DNA of 24,000 bases from Candidatus Protistibacter heckmannii. Lineage in GTDB: Bacteria; Pseudomonadota; Gammaproteobacteria; Burkholderiales; Burkholderiaceae. Made by a program: the position numbers and the translations under genes. The DNA is taken from NCBI GenBank assembly GCA_025050535.1, contig JALBVF010000002.1, forward strand, positions 1 to 24,000, given 5' to 3'. Positions 21,149-24,000 of this stretch are shown in pieces. The notes beneath the pieces were generated by a model. The model made no database searches. It had not been told where the DNA came from and was given only the letters and a program-made list of their open reading frames with translations. How positions within the stretch are numbered: the stretch's first letter is position 1; every line of letters starts with the position of its first letter.

Positions 21149-23434
21149 ATGCTGGCGCGCCCAGGTCAAATTTTCCTCAAAAACCTGGAACTTAGCGGGA
21201 TAGTTAAGGTGAAACCTAATGTCGGCGGGCCAAGAATTTCACGGGTAGCGTTGGATACGCCGCTGCGCTCGCTGTTCGACTATCTGACGATTCCCGGCGC
21301 CGAGCCGGGCCGGCTGGTGAGCGTGGAGTTCGGCCACCGGCAGATGGTGGGCGTGGTCGTGGAGCTGGCGCAGGAGAGCGAGCACCCGGCCGAATCACTC
21401 AAACCGGTGCTGGCCGTGTTCGACACGCTGCCGCCGCTCTCGCCCGAGTGGCTGGCCTTATGCAAATTTGCAGGTCACTACTATATGCGCGGCCCCGGCG
21501 AGGTGATGCTACCCGCGCTGCCCTCCAAGCTGCGCGTGACCAAGGGCTGGGAGCGGCTCGCCAAGGCGATGGCCAAGCCCTTGCTCGAGAAGAAGCCGCA
21601 CGCCGCCAAGAAGGCCGCTGCGAAGACCCCGGCGCGGAAAACGGCTGCCGTGGCGCCCGTGGACCCGGCCGTGATGGAAGCTGCTCCGGCAGGCGGCTTG
21701 CCGGCGGATGCCCTGCCGACCGACGCTCTGTTGGCCGACGCACCGGCGGAAGACGTCCTTCGCACCGAAGCGCCCCGGCTGCTTCCCGGCCAGCGCGCCG
21801 CCGCCGCCGCCCTGGCCGAGGCCGCGCAGCGCGGCGGCTTCGCGCCTTTCCTGCTCTACGGCGTGACCGGCAGCGGCAAGACCGAGGTCTACCTCGACCT
21901 GGTCGCGCGCATCCTCGCCACGCCGCCCACCGGCCTGGACGCGCCGGCGTCGCAAGTGCTGCTCCTGGTCCCGGAAATCAATCTCACGCCGCAGCTCGAG
22001 GCCGGCCTGCGCGGCCGCTTCGCCAGCACGCCCATCGCCGTGATGCACAGCGGATTAGCCGAAGGCGAGCGCACGCGCAACTGGCTTGCCGCCCACCTGG
22101 GCCAGGCGCGCATCGTCGTCGGCACGCGGCTCGCGGTGCTGGCCTCGCTGCCGGGGCTGCGCGCCATCATCGTCGACGAAGAGCACGACCCCTCCTACAA
22201 GCAGCAGGAAGGCCTGCGCTATTCGGCGCGCGACCTCGCAGTCTGGCGCGCCCGCGAGCTGGGCATTCCGGTCGTGCTGGGCTCGGCCACGCCCTCGCTG
22301 GAATCCTGGGCGCGCAGCGAAACCCATTACACGCGCCTGGAGCTTGCCGAGCGCGCCCAGCCCGAGGCGCGGCTGCCGGCGGTCAAGCTGATCGACAAGG
22401 AGGCCGAGCGCAAGAACGGCCGCGCCTCCGCAGACGGCATCAGCCAGCCGCTGCGCGAAGCCATCGCCGAGCGGCTGCGGCGCGGCGAGCAAAGCCTGCT
22501 CTATCTGAACCGGCGCGGCTATGCGCCCGTGCTCAATTGTGACGCCTGCGGCTGGCTCTCCAACTGCACGCGCTGCTCCGCGCATCTGGTCATGCACCGC
22601 CAGGGCGGCGCCAACCGGCTGCGCTGCCACCATTGCGGTCTGGAAGCGCGCGTGCCGCAGCGCTGCCCGGACTGCGGCAACGCGGATCTCGCACCCCTGG
22701 GCCGCGGCACCCAGCGCGTCGAGGAAATGCTGGCCGAGCTGTTCCCGCAGGCGCGCGTGGCGCGCATCGACGCCGACGCCACGCGCCTCAAGGGCAGCGC
22801 CCAGGCGCTGTTCGACGAGGTGCACGCGGGCAAGGTGGACATCCTGATCGGCACACAGATGATCGCCAAAGGCCACGACTTCCAGCACGTGACCCTGGTG
22901 GGCATCCTCAATCCAGACACCGCCCTGGTGTCCCAGGACTACCGCGCCAGCGAGCGGCTCTTCGCGCTGCTGATGCAAGTGGCGGGGCGCGCCGGGCGCG
23001 CCGGCATGCCGGGCGAGGTGCTGGTGCAGACGCGCTATCCGCGCTCGCCCGTCTACCAGGCGCTGCGCTCGCACGACTACCCCGGCCACGCGCGCAGTCT
23101 GCTCGACGAACGCCGCTCGGCGGGCCTGCCGCCGTTCAGCTTCCAAGCGCTGCTGACGGTGGAGGCGCGCGATCTCGCCGGCTGCATGGCCTTTCTGCGC
23201 GTGGCGCGGGAGGCGGCGGAAACGCTGGAGGACTGCGCCGAGGGGTGGGTGGTGCTGTTTGATCCCGTGCCGCGGGCGATGGTGCGCGTGGCCAACCGCG
23301 ACCGGGCGCAACTGCTGGTGGAATCGGGTTCGCGCGCCGCACTGCAGCGCATGCTCGATGCGTGGATGCCGCTGATGCAGGAGATCCGGCCGCGCGTATC
23401 CTGGCAGATTGAGCGCGACCCGGCTTCGGTGTAA
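21149..23434 (+). CDS. priA: Primosomal protein N' (replication restart helicase); true start may be slightly downstream
   Basis: RVALDTPLRSLFDYLTIPG...FLLYGVTGSGKTEVYLDLVARIL...IIVDEEHDPSYKQQEGLRYSARDLAVWRAR...CDACGWLSNCTRCSAHLVMH... zinc-binding cysteines, helicase motifs. Confidence 0.97.
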   Translation: MLARPGQIFLKNLELSGIVKVKPNVGGPRISRVALDTPLRSLFDYLTIPGAEPGRLVSVEFGHRQMVGVVVELAQESEHPAESLKPVLAVFDTLPPLSPEWLALCKFAGHYYMRGPGEVMLPALPSKLRVTKGWERLAKAMAKPLLEKKPHAAKKAAAKTPARKTAAVAPVDPAVMEAAPAGGLPADALPTDALLADAPAEDVLRTEAPRLLPGQRAAAAALAEAAQRGGFAPFLLYGVTGSGKTEVYLDLVARILATPPTGLDAPASQVLLLVPEINLTPQLEAGLRGRFASTPIAVMHSGLAEGERTRNWLAAHLGQARIVVGTRLAVLASLPGLRAIIVDEEHDPSYKQQEGLRYSARDLAVWRARELGIPVVLGSATPSLESWARSETHYTRLELAERAQPEARLPAVKLIDKEAERKNGRASADGISQPLREAIAERLRRGEQSLLYLNRRGYAPVLNCDACGWLSNCTRCSAHLVMHRQGGANRLRCHHCGLEARVPQRCPDCGNADLAPLGRGTQRVEEMLAELFPQARVARIDADATRLKGSAQALFDEVHAGKVDILIGTQMIAKGHDFQHVTLVGILNPDTALVSQDYRASERLFALLMQVAGRAGRAGMPGEVLVQTRYPRSPVYQALRSHDYPGHARSLLDERRSAGLPPFSFQALLTVEARDLAGCMAFLRVAREAAETLEDCAEGWVVLFDPVPRAMVRVANRDRAQLLVESGSRAALQRMLDAWMPLMQEIRPRVSWQIERDPASV

Positions 23435-23499
23435 TGCGGCGGCGGATCCCGCCAGCCGGATTGCAGAGGCTGCTTCAGCCGACACGGCGCTGCCGCCGT

Positions 23500-23814
23500 T
23501 CAGTCGACCTTGAGACGCTCGACGATCTTCCCGTTAACCAGATGGCTCTCGACGATCTCGTCGATGTCGCTGTTGTCCACATAGGTGTACCAGACGGCTT
23601 CCGGATACACGACCAGAACGGGTCCCTGCTCGCAGCGGTCAAGACAGCCCGCCTTGTTGACGCGGACCTTGCCCGCGCCGGAGAGGCCCATGCCGTGGAC
23701 CTTGACCTTGGCATGCTCGAAGGCCGCGGTGGGGCCGGCGTCGTTGCAGCATTGCCGGCCGCCATCGCGTTGATTCAGGCAGAAGAAGACATGGTGTTTG
23801 AAATGGCTGGGCAT
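23500..23814 (-). CDS. (2Fe-2S) ferredoxin domain-containing protein
   Basis: MPSHFKHHVFFCLNQRDGGRQCCNDAG...AGKVRVNKAGCLDRCEQGPVLVVYPEAVWYTYVDNSDIDEIVESHLVNGKIVERLKVD; Cys pattern typical of thioredoxin-like ferredoxins. Confidence 0.92.
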   Translation of the reverse strand: MPSHFKHHVFFCLNQRDGGRQCCNDAGPTAAFEHAKVKVHGMGLSGAGKVRVNKAGCLDRCEQGPVLVVYPEAVWYTYVDNSDIDEIVESHLVNGKIVERLKVD

Positions 23815-23876
23815 GCGTGGAATTGTAATGCATCGGCGCCGCCTCGCCGTTCCCGCGCCCTGCCCAGACTTTCCAC

Positions 23877-24000
23877 TCAGTAGACCAGCGTGGGCGCCAC
23901 GTTGGGCTGCGCGCCCAAATCGCTTTGCGCGCCTGCCGCGGGTGCGGGCGCGGGCGCAAACAAGCCCGATCTCCTGACCACTTCGTCAAAATCCGCTGCG
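23877..24000 (-). CDS. C-terminal end of an unidentified ORF running off the window
   Basis: Minus-strand open frame ending ...ADFDEVVRRSGLFAPAPAPAAGAQSDLGAQPNVAPTLVY* (TGA = 23877-23879), directly upstream of the ferredoxin gene in the same orientation. Confidence 0.35.
   Translation of the reverse strand, partial: AADFDEVVRRSGLFAPAPAPAAGAQSDLGAQPNVAPTLVY

Noticed and set aside
22055-23485. Long minus-strand ORF (476 aa) antisense to priA
   Set aside because: Antisense shadow of priA; Ala/Arg/Gln-rich low-complexity translation.

Overview
High-GC, betaproteobacterial (probably Alcaligenaceae-like) chromosomal window. The confident core is the intact run mnmG-rsmG-parA-parB-atpI-atpB-E-F-H-A-G-D-C, followed by hemE, priA and a minus-strand (2Fe-2S) ferredoxin-like gene. 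The left 6 kb looks different. It has the 3' end of an IS630-type transposase, then a branched-chain amino-acid ABC transporter cluster (livK-livH-livM/livG-livF) whose genes all carry frameshifts, in-frame amber stops or deletions, then a decayed minus-strand ORF that I cannot name. A two-end-truncated type III secretion export-gate gene (SctV/LcrD/FlhA family) sits on the minus strand between atpC and hemE. One exact 16-bp parS site lies directly upstream of the likely mnmG promoter, and a 15/16 parS-like site is embedded in the mnmG coding sequence. I found no strong candidate for a new defence or mobile system. The most notable items are the concentrated decay of the liv cluster with repeated internal TAG codons, the unnamed decayed ORF, the orphan SctV remnant and the embedded parS pair. 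No CRISPR arrays, rRNA or tRNA genes were recognised.
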